A stretch of DNA of 64,000 nt, from positions 43,216,001-43,280,000 of the forward strand of contig NW_024704742.1 in assembly GCF_018977255.1 (NCBI RefSeq). Reading direction: 5' to 3'. Positions within the stretch are counted from its first letter, which is position 1, and each line of letters opens with the position of its first letter. A program made the position numbers and the translations under genes. This DNA is from Callorhinchus milii (taxonomy: Eukaryota). Positions 50,615 through 63,665 of this stretch are shown here, piece by piece. The notes under the pieces are model-generated. The model ran no database searches, had not been told where the DNA came from, and was given only the letters and a program-made list of their open reading frames with translations.

Positions 50615-50995
50615 CTTTCCTGTTCAGGCCAATCAAGCTGAACACCATGGTCTGGCGGCAGGGAACCTTCCCGCTCAGTTCCTGTTACCCTGAAATGCCA
50701 AAGTCCTAAATGCTTTCATTACAAGATATGCGGTTTTAGCTGGTTAGACTTCAGTAATACCCCAGTGCGCACTCGTGGATCACCAGGCTTTGTCTGCAGC
50801 CAACCTGTGCCTAATACTCTTCAGAATTTTGTAAGCAGGATACTCTTCCTTCCATGGAGAGAATACAGATTCCATTCCAGATATGGAAATTTCCATGTGT
50901 CAATGGCATACCATGGAACACTCAGTCTGGCTTGAATACTCTTAAGCGTGGTGATGGGTTTCCGCATGTGTCAAAGACCCAATTTAAAAAAATAA
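50615..50995 (+). mobile_element. RTE-X-like family 3' UTR copy
   Basis: ctgtgcctaatact, attccattcc..aaatttccatg and gatgggtttccgcatgtgtca shared with other copies; A-rich end. Confidence 0.72.
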
Positions 50996-52538
50996 ACCAA
51001 AATAGGACACTCGCTGAATGAGAAATGTCATGTATCCTACAAGTACACTCTGTTAGTAGCATAACTTAATTTGAAAAATTCATAGTACCACACAAAGGCA
51101 CACTAACTGTACAAAAAGACCATTTTTTTCAATTCCTGTACTAATTCTACTGTCATGTAAAAAATTTTTTTGCAAATGTTCAATTCAGTGTACATTAGTT
51201 GTACCTGCATTTATCTTAGGCAAAACAACAATTCTGTTTTATTTGGTAATCTGCTTTTGCAAATGGTCTTTTACAGACTGGCTTGTGCCTAAAACCATTG
51301 TCATAGTAAAGTCAACAAGAGAAGTGATTCAAGTTTGTTTTGCTGACCGCTCACTGGTACAGAAAACAATTTTAAGTGGTTTAGGGCAACGCTCGGTTTG
51401 GTATGAACCAAGTGAACCTATGGAACAAGTTTAAATTACTATGCAAACAAATAAGTATTCTGCAGAGTAAACCAACCTGTATGCACAGACCCTTCACTTA
51501 TGTGCAAATTCTCATGCTACAAAATTACTGGTGCCTACTGTACTGTTTAATTACTTTCAGGAATTGTTTCTGTTGTCTAATACGCCTATAAATTTAATCA
51601 TTCAAAATAGAAAAACAATCTAGCATTCAAACACACTGATGTCCTCTGTCAATCTGCACTTTGGACAGTGTGGTGTTTGCAGTGATAGTATCAACCTTTA
51701 AGCACATCAAAGGGAAATATTCAACATGTCTATTTTTAAAATTGCGATTGGATAATCTGAAGTTTTAGTTTTAAACGCGTGATAAACATGATGTCAAAAT
51801 ATTACAATTACCGTTCTGTAGGGCATAAATCTCTATAAATAAAACTGGTTGTTTAAGAACATTAATGAAACACGGTAAAGCAACAATCCCTTGCACATAC
51901 AAGGACATTTTCTATCCCATCCATTTATCATTCTTTGAAAAAAATAAGAAAATTAATAACAGTATCAACACCTACATTTTCCTGCAATATCCCAAAGGTT
52001 TATTTTTCTTACCATCTTTAAGAGATCACAGACCAGTTTCAGACTGTTTGGTGTAAAGATTAGGTTTGTGAAGATGCCTATGCATGGTTATCACAAGGAG
52101 ATTGTACTATATTTTTGGCACTGCTGAGTTTTAACATCACTAACAGATGGTATAACATCTCATTATTGAATGATAATCAGTTTGACACCTAAATAAGATA
52201 GACATAAGGCAACTGAACCCTGTAAGCCCGAGTGTCATTGCAGAGGTGATTGGACAACAAAAGCAACAATTTGCATTTTATTAGCACCTTCCACGTAAAG
52301 GAAGTCTCAAAGCACTCAATAAATATAGGTGGGTGGGGCGGGGAAACCTTGAGCAGTAAAATGACAGATTTAGTGATGTTGGCAAAGGTACAGTTGAATA
52401 AATACGTTTTCAGGAGGTTTCTGAAGCAGAGACAGATGTAGCAAGGCAAAGTGCTTTTGGAAGAGAGTGAGAGAGGACAGAACATGGAGACTGAAACCTC
52501 AGCAAGGATCTAAGATGATATCTGTGTAATACTATTTC

Positions 52539-52697
52539 CAGTCACCTGTTCAAGCAACCACCTCTGTTAATAACCACCCTGGAACAGGCCGGAACACCCT
52601 GGAACACACACCAATGAACCCTTACTTAGAGGCTCCTCTTACATAAAAGCCATATTGGCCCAGTCCCCTGAAGCGTCACTGAAAGCAGGTTTGACTG
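52539..52697. mobile_element. Tc1/mariner (pogo/Tigger-type) MITE
   Basis: Termini cagtcacctg..aagcaaccacctctg and caggtttgactg fit CAGTCAAACCTG-type TIRs; TA TSDs not preserved. Confidence 0.6.
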
Positions 52698-52789
52698 TTT
52701 ATCACACCTCAAGAGTCCAGGGGATTTCATCAGCATGAAAGTAGGTACATTGTACTTTCTGTGGTCCAGCTGTAGGCCAATGTCACCAT

Positions 52790-53030
52790 TTCCCAACTAA
52801 AATACTAACCTTTCAAGGGAAAGCTTCAAATTGAGATGCATCGGCAAGATACCCTGAAATCCTATCAAGAAATCTAATATCAGAGAGACTGAGGAACTAG
52901 AATTGCTTAATTGCATTAATATGTCATCTACATACAGGTAGAGTTTAAATTCCTTCCCACCCTTCTGAAGATTAGAAACCCAGCCAAGTAAAGCCTTTCC
53001 CATCTTTACGCTTTAACATTGGATTTCATC
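52790..53030 (-). mobile_element. L1-clade LINE RT fragment
   Basis: ORF 52797-53003 GGKEFKLYLYVDDILMQLSNSSSSVSLILDFLIGF resembles the fish L1/Tx1 motif E.KISLYADDILL.LS.P..S...L. Confidence 0.72.
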
Positions 53031-54189
53031 TGGAAACAACAAATTGCTAAATTTGGATATTATTAAACCCTAAGCTATTAGGTACAAAATTAAACAATTT
53101 CTGTGTTCTTTCAATTCGTTTTCTTAATCCTGAATTCATGGATGAGCAGTTGGGATAGATATAGAGGTAGATATATTGAATGAACCTTGTCGGAAATTAG
53201 AAGGATACACTTGAAGGGCCAAAGGACTATCCTGACAGGTTTACTAAGTATTCACTTTTCCCAGATACAAGGAACATTCCAGTTGTTGTGTGTATTCTAA
53301 AACTGTCAGGAGAAACCATGGCACCCATTCCAAATAATATTCGCTCAAAGAGTAAATAAAATTTAAGCAATAGGGCAAATATAATAACAAAATAATCCTT
53401 GAGTTGATATAACACTGTTCACGTCATCAATATATCTCAAAGCGCTTCGAGGGACAAAGTGGATTGACTGTGTATTATGTGAGCAAAATATCAGACTTGG
53501 ATGATTGACAACCTTGAAATATGGCAACATTAGATGAGGAAAGTGAGCTGCTTTTACTATCGTGGCTGTGAAATAAACGTTCAATTGATCTAATCGCATG
53601 CACTCCATGGAATGAATATTACCTTCTCTAATTACAAAGCTCTAGTCAGGTGTTAACTGTGTCCCACTGGTGGGAGAACTGCTATAGATATTTCATATCA
53701 CCAGTTGTACATAGCAATATCTCATAACATGTCCTTGGCGATCAAATCATGTCAATATAGATATAATATTTTTAATGTTATTTTAGTTGCACCAGCGTAT
53801 TTGACTACATCATATTTGAATTTTAACGTCATTTTGTCCATAAGAACGGCTTCTACTATTATAGAGTGTTTCTGAAACATTGATGCACAGAGAGTGAGTG
53901 TAGTGGTGTGAAAGCCAACCACTTAAGACATAACGCATTAGGACACTTTAAAAGCTATGACTTTTATTGTAACCTATCACTGAAATACTCATTGACTAAT
54001 TATTTTCAAAGATTGGCTATGGTTTAAACACTGGAAAGTAAGGCCATCTACAGTAAAGCAATGTTATGGTATCCCTACACACAGAGCTCAATATTTAAGA
54101 GAACGAATGTAGCATTTGATAATTAAAACACCAGCAATAAACTATTCCCTTTATTTGATACTTGTTGGTCTACACTAATAGGTGACATC

Positions 54190-54615
54190 AGGACTCAGCC
54201 TGGTGCAGTAGATAGCACTCTTGCATCCTTGAATCAGAAAGTTGCAGGTTTAAGCTCCTTGTTGGGATTTTGACACAAGTCTAGTTTGACACTCCAATGC
54301 CGTACTGGGGTGTGTCGCATTGTCGCAGGTGCTGTCTTTCACATGAGATGCTAAACTGAGATCCAATCTGCCTGAACATGGCACTATTTGAGGGACTGTT
54401 GGCCAGTTTCTCCCAGTGTCCTGGCCAACAGTCCCCCATATAAAATTGGTCACTTACTTCATGATTGTTTGTGGGGTATTGTTGTGCGCAAATCGGCTGC
54501 CATATTTGCACCCAAAAGACACATTCACTACACTTACCAGTAAATTCTGTGAAACACTTTGAAACCTACTCCCAATAATGAAAGGTCCCATACAAAATGC
54601 AAGGATTATTATTAT
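54190..54615 (+). mobile_element. DeuSINE family B
   Basis: tcagcctggtgcagtagatagcactcttgc head, gcattgtcgcaggtgctgtc Deu domain, gcaaggattattatt tail. Confidence 0.87.
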
Positions 54616-54829
54616 AACCTATTTGTATAATAAGTAATTTGTTGTCAAAAGGCTTTAATTTGAACTCTTGAAATGAGTAGGAAACTATAGTAGCTCTGAA
54701 CAAATGAACTTTAACTTGCGACTATGCTCCTTTCATCTACTTTTTAATCATTGGATAAACTGAACTAATCTGAAAGGAAAGTAATGCAATTTACTGACCA
54801 TGAGTGCAACAGAGTATTTAGGAGAAAAG

Positions 54830-55025
54830 CCCCCTCCTTAGCCTCCTTCAAGTCCCGCCTCAAGACCCTCCTCTTCGACCATGCCATCGGCCACCCCACT
54901 TTCCTTCCCCTCCCTTATCCCCCCAACCCCAGCTCGGGTCTGAAATGCTGTACTCTGTCCAGCGCCTTGGGACGTCCTCCCGATGTGAAAGGCGCTATAC
55001 AAATGTAATCTTGTTGTTGTTGTTG
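54830..55025 (+). mobile_element. L2 3' end
   Basis: FKSRLKTLLFD; tail gtgaaaggcgctatacaaatgtaatc(ttg)n. Confidence 0.92.
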
Positions 55026-55699
55026 AAAGTTGATGCATATTTGAGGGAAAAGCAAAAAGAGGATATAGAGAAGGGGATTAGGAAGAGTGGGGGTTTATGT
55101 GGAGTATTAATACCATCATGGTCCAGTTAGGCTGAGTGGCCTGTTTCCGTGCTATATAACATTGTATGTAATTCTGTAACATTGAATGTAATTTTCATAT
55201 TTGTAATGGAATTCCTCACACATTTGGAATACTATTGGGAGGAAAATGTAGTGGGATACATTTTTGCACAATGTGATAATTATCACCAGTCATAATTATC
55301 CTTAGGAGAGAAAATAACATGGTTTTGAATTCTTAATTAAGAATTAATTTGGGATTAATTTACCCTCCCCCCTATATCCCCACAGAATGGCTTTTCCCTC
55401 CATCCCTTCCTGAATTGATTGGGCACCATTCTGACCTTAACATATCCAATGGAATTCTTTATTTGATTCTTAGTTGTGGTATAATTGTTTCTTAACTTCA
55501 TTTTACACTTAAAAATATTTTTAGGCCATTATCTGGCAAATAAGTGAAAATTCTGGGCTTAATGAAAAATGTTCCCGATGAAACTGTGTGAATGGAATCA
55601 TTAACTTCAACTTGATTCACCAGAACAGATTTGGGTTTGACATCTACAAAGGATATCACTTTCATCAGTACAGCACTCTTGCAATACTGCAATGGACTA

Positions 55700-56150
55700 T
55701 CAGAGGAAACCCATCACAATGTTTAAGAGTATCCAACACAGATTGAGAGTTCCTCTGATGTATGCCCCCTTACATTGAAATGTTCCTATATTTGCAATGG
55801 AATGCACATTCTCACCAGGAGGGGAACACTCTGTTTACCTAATTCCAGAGAGTATTATGTTGGTGGGAGCCAAGGGTTGGGAACTCCACAATGTGCTGAA
55901 TCTAACCAGATAAAACTGCATAATTTGCCATTGAGAACTCTGGTAGATAAGCTTTCAAAGACTACTTGTCCCCTTAGGGACCATCCTACTCATTATGACT
56001 TTGGCTTGTGTGGTTATCAGGAACAGTGGGGGTAATCCCTATGCCCAATGCCTGATCTTCCTCTCCAAATTCTGCTGAACAGCCAGGCTAGCTTGTCTGT
56101 CAACACCAATGCTTTGGAGTACTACAGTCCCACCAGTCTCAGGAAAGGGA
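55700..56150 (-). mobile_element. RTE-X-like family copy nested in a DeuSINE (SINE halves at ~55600-55700 and ~56170-56245)
   Basis: ggaaacccatcacaatgtttaagagtatcc, cctaattccaga.agtatta and tttggcttgt.tggtta.cagga are colinear with 42330-42780 and the terminus at 13130-13165. Confidence 0.72.
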
Positions 56151-57559
56151 GTGCCAAATGAGATTAGGAATTAAAGTCCTTTTGTGTGGGGCTTGAACCC
56201 ATAACCTTCTGACGAATAGGTGAGAGTGCTACTAAGTGGACCAATTTACCAATCTGATCTGTGAGGATTTAGATAATGCATCTGGAGCTCAAGCACATTT
56301 AATCAAGTGTTACATAAGTACCCATCTTGCAGCTTGGAGGAGTTAGACCGTAGAGAGAATCCCAAGGTTACAAATATCACTCAAGGAGATCCTGTCAGGA
56401 TTCAAAGTATAACCACAGGTTCTATTCCAAACTCACAGCTGGCATCAGTGAATACCTTGGGCTGTGATTTAGGATTACTAATCATTTTCAACAAGCACTA
56501 ACAATCCAAGTCAGACCGCATCTCTAAATCATGTTTTGATTTAAAGCGGATTCTCATTTTAATGTCTGGGACAAGGAATATCTTCTGAACAACACCCAGC
56601 ATCAAAAGTATTCTTGCATGGTAAGTCATGCTCTTTTGCATATGGAAATACCTTGGCTGTAAACTAACTATAGATTAACTAAAATTTACAGAAACCATTC
56701 TAAAATCAGTCTGATTAAGGTATTTCTACGCTCAGGCCTCAATTCTAAAAGCTTTCCTTGCTCATCTTAGGCTTGTAGTGCAGATCATCATGGATTAAGA
56801 GTGCACTGTCTGTTCACAATTTGCACAGACAACTGCAGTGAAAGAGAATTCCACTACGGTCACTTCTAATAACCAATGACAGCAAGGTTTTTATTTTAGG
56901 AGGACAGCAGATGCAACCAAGCCAGAAATTCTGTCCGTGATATTTTACGTTGATTTTTAAATATGTGTCCTTCACTACTCAGCAATGATTTTTATTTCAT
57001 ACCCAACCACAAAAAATATTATCAATATTCCTGGGTTACATTGCAATGAAGAACCACACACTGTATTTTAGCTCAACATGTAAACACATGTATGCAGAAG
57101 TGGACCTATTTTATTATGGAATAGCACTGCTTGTCTGCACTAAGAGGCAAAAAAAAGCCCTTCTCCCAGGGTCATCAATAAAACATACCAATTCTAAAAT
57201 ATTGAAATTAAATTATATATACAGGGGATTGTAATATTATCATCAACCAGGTCCATTTTACTGTTTTTAAGTTGAATGCAAACTTACCAATGTCTAAAAG
57301 AGGATGCTACTGAGAACTTTGTATCATAGTTACCTCATTCACTTCCCACTCTGTTGTTATCTGGAAGCTCTCAGATGAGATTTAAGGAATCATCAACATA
57401 ATCAGAGCTTCTCAGTGTTAGGAAGGCACAGAGTACTTTTTCAGACTAGATATTCACCAGGGAATCAAACAAATCTTGAGCTGATAAAAAAAAGTCGATT
57501 TGCCATGGCAGTGATTCAATTAGAGGGGAAGAAGGGATATGGGCTTTGCATCTTCCAGG

Positions 57560-57966
57560 AAATTCAAGATCCTCATCCTCACCTACAGGGCCATTCACGG
57601 CCTTGCTCCCTCCTACCTCCCTGACCTACTATCCCCTACCTACCGGCCCGTACCCTCCGTTCAACCGCCCTACCATCGGTGGCCGGGCCTTCAGCCTCTC
57701 AGCCCCCAGGCTCTGGAACTCTATCCCCCAGTACCTTCGCCGCTTCCTCCCTTTCCTCCTTCAAGGCCGGTCTCAAGACCTTTCTCTTTGACTGTGCCTT
57801 CAGCTCCCCTCTCGACTCTCTTCCCCCTCCTCGCTCCCTCCCTTCCCTCCCCTCACCCTGACCATTTCCCCCCTGCTCGGGTCCTGACCCAACTGTACAG
57901 CGCCTTGGGACATCCTCTCGACGTGAAAGGCGCTCTATAAATGGAATCTTGTTGTTGTTGTTGTTG
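57560..57966 (+). mobile_element. L2 3' end
   Basis: KFKILILTYRAIHGLAPSYL; GGRAFSLSAPRLWNSIP; (TTG)n tail. Confidence 0.94.
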
Positions 57967-58281
57967 AAATATCTCTGCTACTTGGAGTGGACGTAGAGAT
58001 GCACTGCTTACTGGCAGATGTAGCACAACATACACTGAATCCCACAGGACACTGACAGTTGGCTGAGGATCCCAAACCTTTGGACTACAGCTGCCTAGTA
58101 GAATGAAGATGATTATTCAAAGTACTGAGTTTGCATTAAGTGCCAGATTGGAAGGAGGGAAGCACTAATAAGGCACTAGTCAGGCATCATACAGTTGCAG
58201 GCTGAATGCAACTGTTTAAAGAAGCCGTCTTTGATTGATTCTTTTCTACTCTTTTAAAAAAAACTCCTTTGAATCAAATTT

Positions 58282-58621
58282 AGCAATTATTCAAGCGTTC
58301 AGTGAATGTTGAAATATTCATACTAACTGCTTGGCTCGCTTCCACTTAGAGTGACAAATCCACTGACTATTTAATTCACACACATATGATGCAAAGGCAG
58401 GTAAAAAAAATCTTTGTTTGCTAGAACATGGTTTTGTGATGCAATGCAACAGCATCTAATTCATGGACAACAGACATACTTCACTAGAGAAGGATCCCTT
58501 AAAAAGAATTAATTGGCTCAAAGGCATGGATATGGATCAGTTTTATCATTGGTAAAACAGAAGGGGGTTCTTCTTTCCTCTGCTCATCAGTTAATATACT
58601 GACCATCAGTGGTGTGAACAT
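58282..58621. repeat. Unclassified ~340-bp element, copy 1
   Basis: Colinear with 59211-59596 from agcaattatt to ggtgtgaacat. Confidence 0.85.
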
Positions 58622-59137
58622 TTAGACCGGTTTACGCAAATATCGCAAATTCACATTTTACTGTCATGCGGATTTAAAACAGTCAATTCTAGTGAGATTT
58701 CTTTATAAGAACTTCAATTGACAAATCGGGACGCCTTCCAGTAACTGGAAGCATATCTCGCTATTTGTAGGAAATCCACTCAGAGTCATTCTACATCTGG
58801 AAAGAAGTTCTTCTGGTGTGACTAGGAGCCTGCATTTGTGATTCTGAATCCTTTTAAAGAAATCCATTAGACGTCATTGCATTTTAAACCCTATTAACTT
58901 GTGTATGATTGAAACAAAGCACAGGGTGCAGGGAGTGTTCAAAGTAACTTCTATTAGAATGGCTCTCTCTTCAATGAATGATGAAGCTTATTTGACTGTA
59001 CTAGAAAACTAGTGTTAAGGCTTTCACTTAATATAGATTACAGGGATCTAAAATATGTTAGTAAACTGGATTTGTGTTAATTGCAACTTTTGAATACTGA
59101 ATTGTGAGAATCTTGGTGAAATTCAGCCTGCATCAAT

Positions 59138-59960
59138 GTCAGTCTGGCTCAGTAGCACTCTTGCCTCTGATTCAAAAGGTTGTTTGTTCAAGACCCACGT
59201 CGGGACTTTGAGCAATTATTGGAGCATTCAGTGAATGATAAAATCTTCACACTGTTTGGTTTGCTTCCACTTAAAGTGACGAGTCCATTAACTGTTTAAT
59301 TCACACACATACAATGCAAAGGCCATGAAAAATATCATTTTAATTTGCTCTAATGTGTTTTCTCATGAAATACAACACCATCTAATCTTTGTATAAATAT
59401 ATGCTTCACTAGAGGACAATTCCTTCAAAGAGTGCAATGGCTCAGACACATAGATCATATTTTACAAGATTAGCAAATGAAATGAACATCAAATGGGCTT
59501 TTTCTCCATTCTGCGGGTATATTTGCTGCTCTTTGGTGGCATGTCTATTATCTTCTGCTTTTAATTAAATGCACTAACCATTGGTGGTGTGAACATACAA
59601 CTTTTAGTTGAAGTAGACACTCTAATACAGTGCTGGAGCAATACTGCATTGTTGGAGGTGCCATTCTTTAGATGAGGCATTAAACCAAGATCCCAACTGC
59701 CTATTCAAGTTAAAGATCCCATGGACTACTTGAAAAGAGAAGGGAGTTTATCCCAGTGTACTGGCCAACAATCCTCAAATAAAATTGGTCACTCATTTCA
59801 CTCACTCACTTCATTGCTATTTATTGGAGATTGTGGTGTGAATTGGCTGCTGTATTTGCCTACAAAGTATATAGTCACTACACTGTACAGTAATTTCTGT
59901 GAAGTCCTTGAACAAATCCTCCCAATGTGAAAGATGCTTTGTCAAATAATGATAGTAATA
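59138..59960 (+). mobile_element. DeuSINE family B split by the unclassified element (59211-59596)
   Basis: Head tgtcagtctggctcagtagcactcttgcctctga..gggactttgag; SINE resumes at ~59600 with gacactct..tactgcattgttggaggtgcc. Confidence 0.85.
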
Positions 59961-60362
59961 AATAATAATAATCCTTGTATTCGATATCTCGTCTTCGAGA
60001 TGTCTCAAAGCGCTTCACAGAATATATTGTAAAGTGGATTGACTGGCGAAGCAGCAGTCAGTTTATGCACAGCAATGTCCCACAAAGAGCCATGGAGTGA
60101 ATGACCAATTTAATTTGGGGGATTGTTCGCCAGGACACTGGGAGAAACTCCCTTCTCTTTTCGAATAGTGCCATGGAATCTTAACGTACACCTGAACAGG
60201 CAGAACAGGCCTTTGCTTAACGTGTCGGCATCTCCGACAATGCAACACATGTCAAACAAGGCATTGGAGTGCAGACTAGACAATGTGATTCCAAATCCCA
60301 ATATGGGCTTGAACCCACAACCTTTTAATTCAGAGGCAACAATGCTACCATTGAGCCTGACT
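59961..60362 (-). mobile_element. DeuSINE family B, tail-to-tail with preceding copy
   Basis: (AAT)n ccttgtattcg tail; cagcaatgtcccacaaa; head region gggcttgaacccacaacc..cagaggcaac. Confidence 0.88.
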
Positions 60363-62721
60363 AACATTACTAAAATTATTAATTATAATTATTAAAATTG
60401 TAACAACATACTAAATTGGAATACAATTGGAAAAGTAAATGAAATCCCTAAATGTTTCGTCCACAAAATATAGTCAATTCACTTTACAGTATATTCTGTA
60501 AAGTTGCTTTGAGACATTTCAATGACATGATAAGGCTTTATATCAAAATGCAAGAATTATTATTATTAACTATTATATATATTATAAATGTCAATTGTGA
60601 GAAATAGGATTTTGTTAATGGTCATAGAAATGTAGCAGCCAATGAGGAAGCATCTTCTACTGCACCGATTTTACACAGCTGAAATACCCCTGTCAGTATT
60701 CTAATGTAGGCTTCAAATCAAAAGTCATTAATTCCAACTGTGTTGTGTGGAGTTGCAGGTAAAATATTTACAACAGCAACATAATGAAAAATGGTTTCAG
60801 GTAAAGTCTCATGGGTATGTCATGGAGTGACACAAGCACATATTTGGTGTAAAGGACAACTTCCCAGCATACAAACAAGGCAATAGGTATAACAGTAAGA
60901 GACTGCGTCAGTGCCATCTAAAATAACTGAGATGAAGTGTCAGCCTAGCTCAATTTGATAGCCGTCTGAGTCACAAGGCTATGGCTATAAGCCCCATGCC
61001 TGGATTGTGAATTCCTGCAATCTAATGCCATGCTTGGGGTGTGCTTTTTGGAAATGGAATCCTTCGGCTGAGACATTAAACTGAGGACTCATCTGCCATT
61101 GCATTAGTTGAAAAGAGTAATATTTATTATTACTTGCAGCACCAATTTCATTTGGGGGACAGCTTTTTGGTTTGGCTTCATTGGTAACATTCCCGCCTCC
61201 TGGTCAGAAAATCGTGTGTTCAAGCTCACATCAAGACTTGAGATCATGCAATGAATTCATCTTGAAGAACTTTCATGAAACATTGTTATCAACGTAGATT
61301 GTTATTTCTCCTTTGTTGTGACTTTGTTTTCAGTGAGAGTGAGAATTCACACTATAGCCCCCAAACAGACGGTTCTGTGACAATTGTCCTCCGGTCCTGT
61401 TTAATTACAGCTAAATTAGCAAACATAGACAAGCCGTCCCTCAAGTAAAATCACACCCAAATTTACACATCTGATATTCATTTAATGGCTACATTTTATT
61501 AAAGTGAACAATTCCTGATTTCCAAAGCATCCCTAGCTTAGAGAACATTATCAATATGCTTTGAAATATGTACATCAGATTTTACAATGGTCATTTCTCA
61601 GAAGGCCAAGGGCACTGGTATAAAATGGTGTCAGATAAAATAATTGGAGTAAAAGGAGATATTGCAATCTCCTGAATGGCAGCCAGAGCTAATGTAAGTT
61701 GAATCCTTTTTTGTTAAAACTGCTGAAGTTGTTTTCCTTCATATGGCTTATAAGCTACCTGGCTTATAAATGTGCAGTCTTTCCAATGACACATTAAATT
61801 AAGGTCCTGTCTGCCTGTTCGGGTGGATGTTAAAGATCCCATGGCACTATTCAAAAAGAGAGGAAATTTCTCTCAGTGTTGTAGCCAATGACCATCCAGC
61901 TCAATGTTACAGGCACTGCCAAATGTAAGGGTTATTATAGTTGACTTTTGAGGACTAAGAAAAGAGCACAAATTATATTACTATTGGCTGGCTACAAGAG
62001 TAATAACCTGAGGCATGATGAGAGCGGAACATCTCTTTCGTGGAAAGAAAAGCAAATGTGCTATGTAAGAGTGGAAGCATTGAGATTTCTATATAACTTT
62101 TTAAGATATATATGTATGTCAGGAATAACCAAGGTAGATTATAGTATTGCAACTCCAAATTTGAAATGGAATTGGAAGAGAGACTCAGCATGGATCCATG
62201 CTTGAAAGAAGAACCTTTTTTTTCCTATTAAAACTACAATGAATTGAAAAAGGTGGTTGAAAGGACAATATGACCAAAGAGTTAGGTTCAAATGTTGCAT
62301 TAGATAGGTAAGGCACAAACTACAGTACAACTTGTACTTGTGTTCTGTTGATGATAAGAATGGTAGACATGCCTGTCTGGTCTGTTTTAAAGTGATAAGA
62401 GCAAAGCCAAACTGATGTGAGGTGACACATGCATCATGAAGTCCTATGTGGCTGTCTGTGTTAGATATTTTGTAAATTGGAACTACTTCAGTAATAAAAG
62501 TTTCTAAAACGTAGCCTGCTGGAAATGCTGAGACTGTGTTTGAGTTCTGGAAAATGATGGCAGAAAGGGGGATAATTCATTGGAGGATATGATGCAGGGA
62601 TGGAAAGAGAGGAGGGGAGGGATGGGAGCCTGTACTAAGACTTTAACCATACAAGCTTCCCTATACAAAATCTCCAGGTGTTTTGGTGTGATTCTCATTT
62701 TACTAATGGTTTAATTAGCTG

Positions 62722-63285
62722 CAACAACAACTTGTATGTATATAGCTCCCCTCATGCAGAGTAGCATTCCAGATCGCTTGACAGTGGTGGAGCATGACAA
62801 CGAGCGAGGGGGAGGTGGGAGGTGATGGTCGATGAGGAAGGTCTTCAGGCACGATCTGAAGATGGGGAAGGAAGGGGCAAGGTGGAGGGATAGAAAAAGA
62901 ATGTTCCAGAGTTTTGGGGTGTAGTGGCTGAAAGTGCGACCACCAATGGTGGAAGAGAGGGCACGAGGGACACGTAGGAGGCCGGAGCCAGTTGAGTTGT
63001 GGCAGCGGGTTGTGGGGTAAGCAGGTCAGAGAGGTAGGGAGGTGCCAAGGCATGAAGGGATTTGGAAACGAGTGTGAGGATCTTGAGGTCGATCCTACCG
63101 GCGATAGGGAGCCAGTGGAGCCTGGCTAGAACTGGTATGATGGGGGTACGGAGTTTAGTACGGGTGAGTATGTGGACGGTGGAGTATTGGATCAGCTGAA
63201 TTTTGTGGATGGTGGAACTGGGGAAACCAACAAGGAACACATTTGAATAATCAAAGCAGGAGGTGATGAGCGGGTGCATTTGCAG
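62722..63285 (-). mobile_element. 5'-truncated L2 LINE
   Basis: ORF 62845-63279 ITSCFDYSN..LARLHWLPIAGRIDLKILTLVSKSLHALAPPYLSDLL; (AAC)n tail. Confidence 0.94.
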
Positions 63286-63524
63286 CTTTCAGCAAGGTTG
63301 AAGCTAACAGTTTGACATTTGCGCAGATACAATACTTGTTGTATCTGACTGTTCCCTGTGGTAATTCTTAATATGAAAATTCACAAGTTTAGTAAGTCAC
63401 TTCTGGGTAAGTGTGTTAGAGATAACCAAGATGGCTGATAACATTGCACATCCAAGTTTGTATGAACTCAGGAAAGAAAATCAGATCCATGTTTAAAAAA
63501 ATAGGCTCCTTTGCCTATTAGAAA

Positions 63525-63665
63525 CTGTGTGTAATTGGCTGCTGCTTTTCATCCACAAAACATACAGTCAATTAACTTTACAGTATATTCTGTTTAGAGC
63601 TTTGGGATGTCTTGAAGATGTGAAAAGGCGCTATATCAAATGCAAGGATTATTATTATTATTATA
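63525..63665 (+). mobile_element. SINE 3' fragment (family A/B shared tail)
   Basis: aattggctgctgc..tacagtcaatt..ggcgctatatcaaatgcaagg(att)n. Confidence 0.88.

Noticed and set aside
50600..50710. Acceptor-like ttttctttcctgttcag followed by a short ORF
   Set aside because: The downstream sequence aligns with the RTE-X-like repeat family and stops early.
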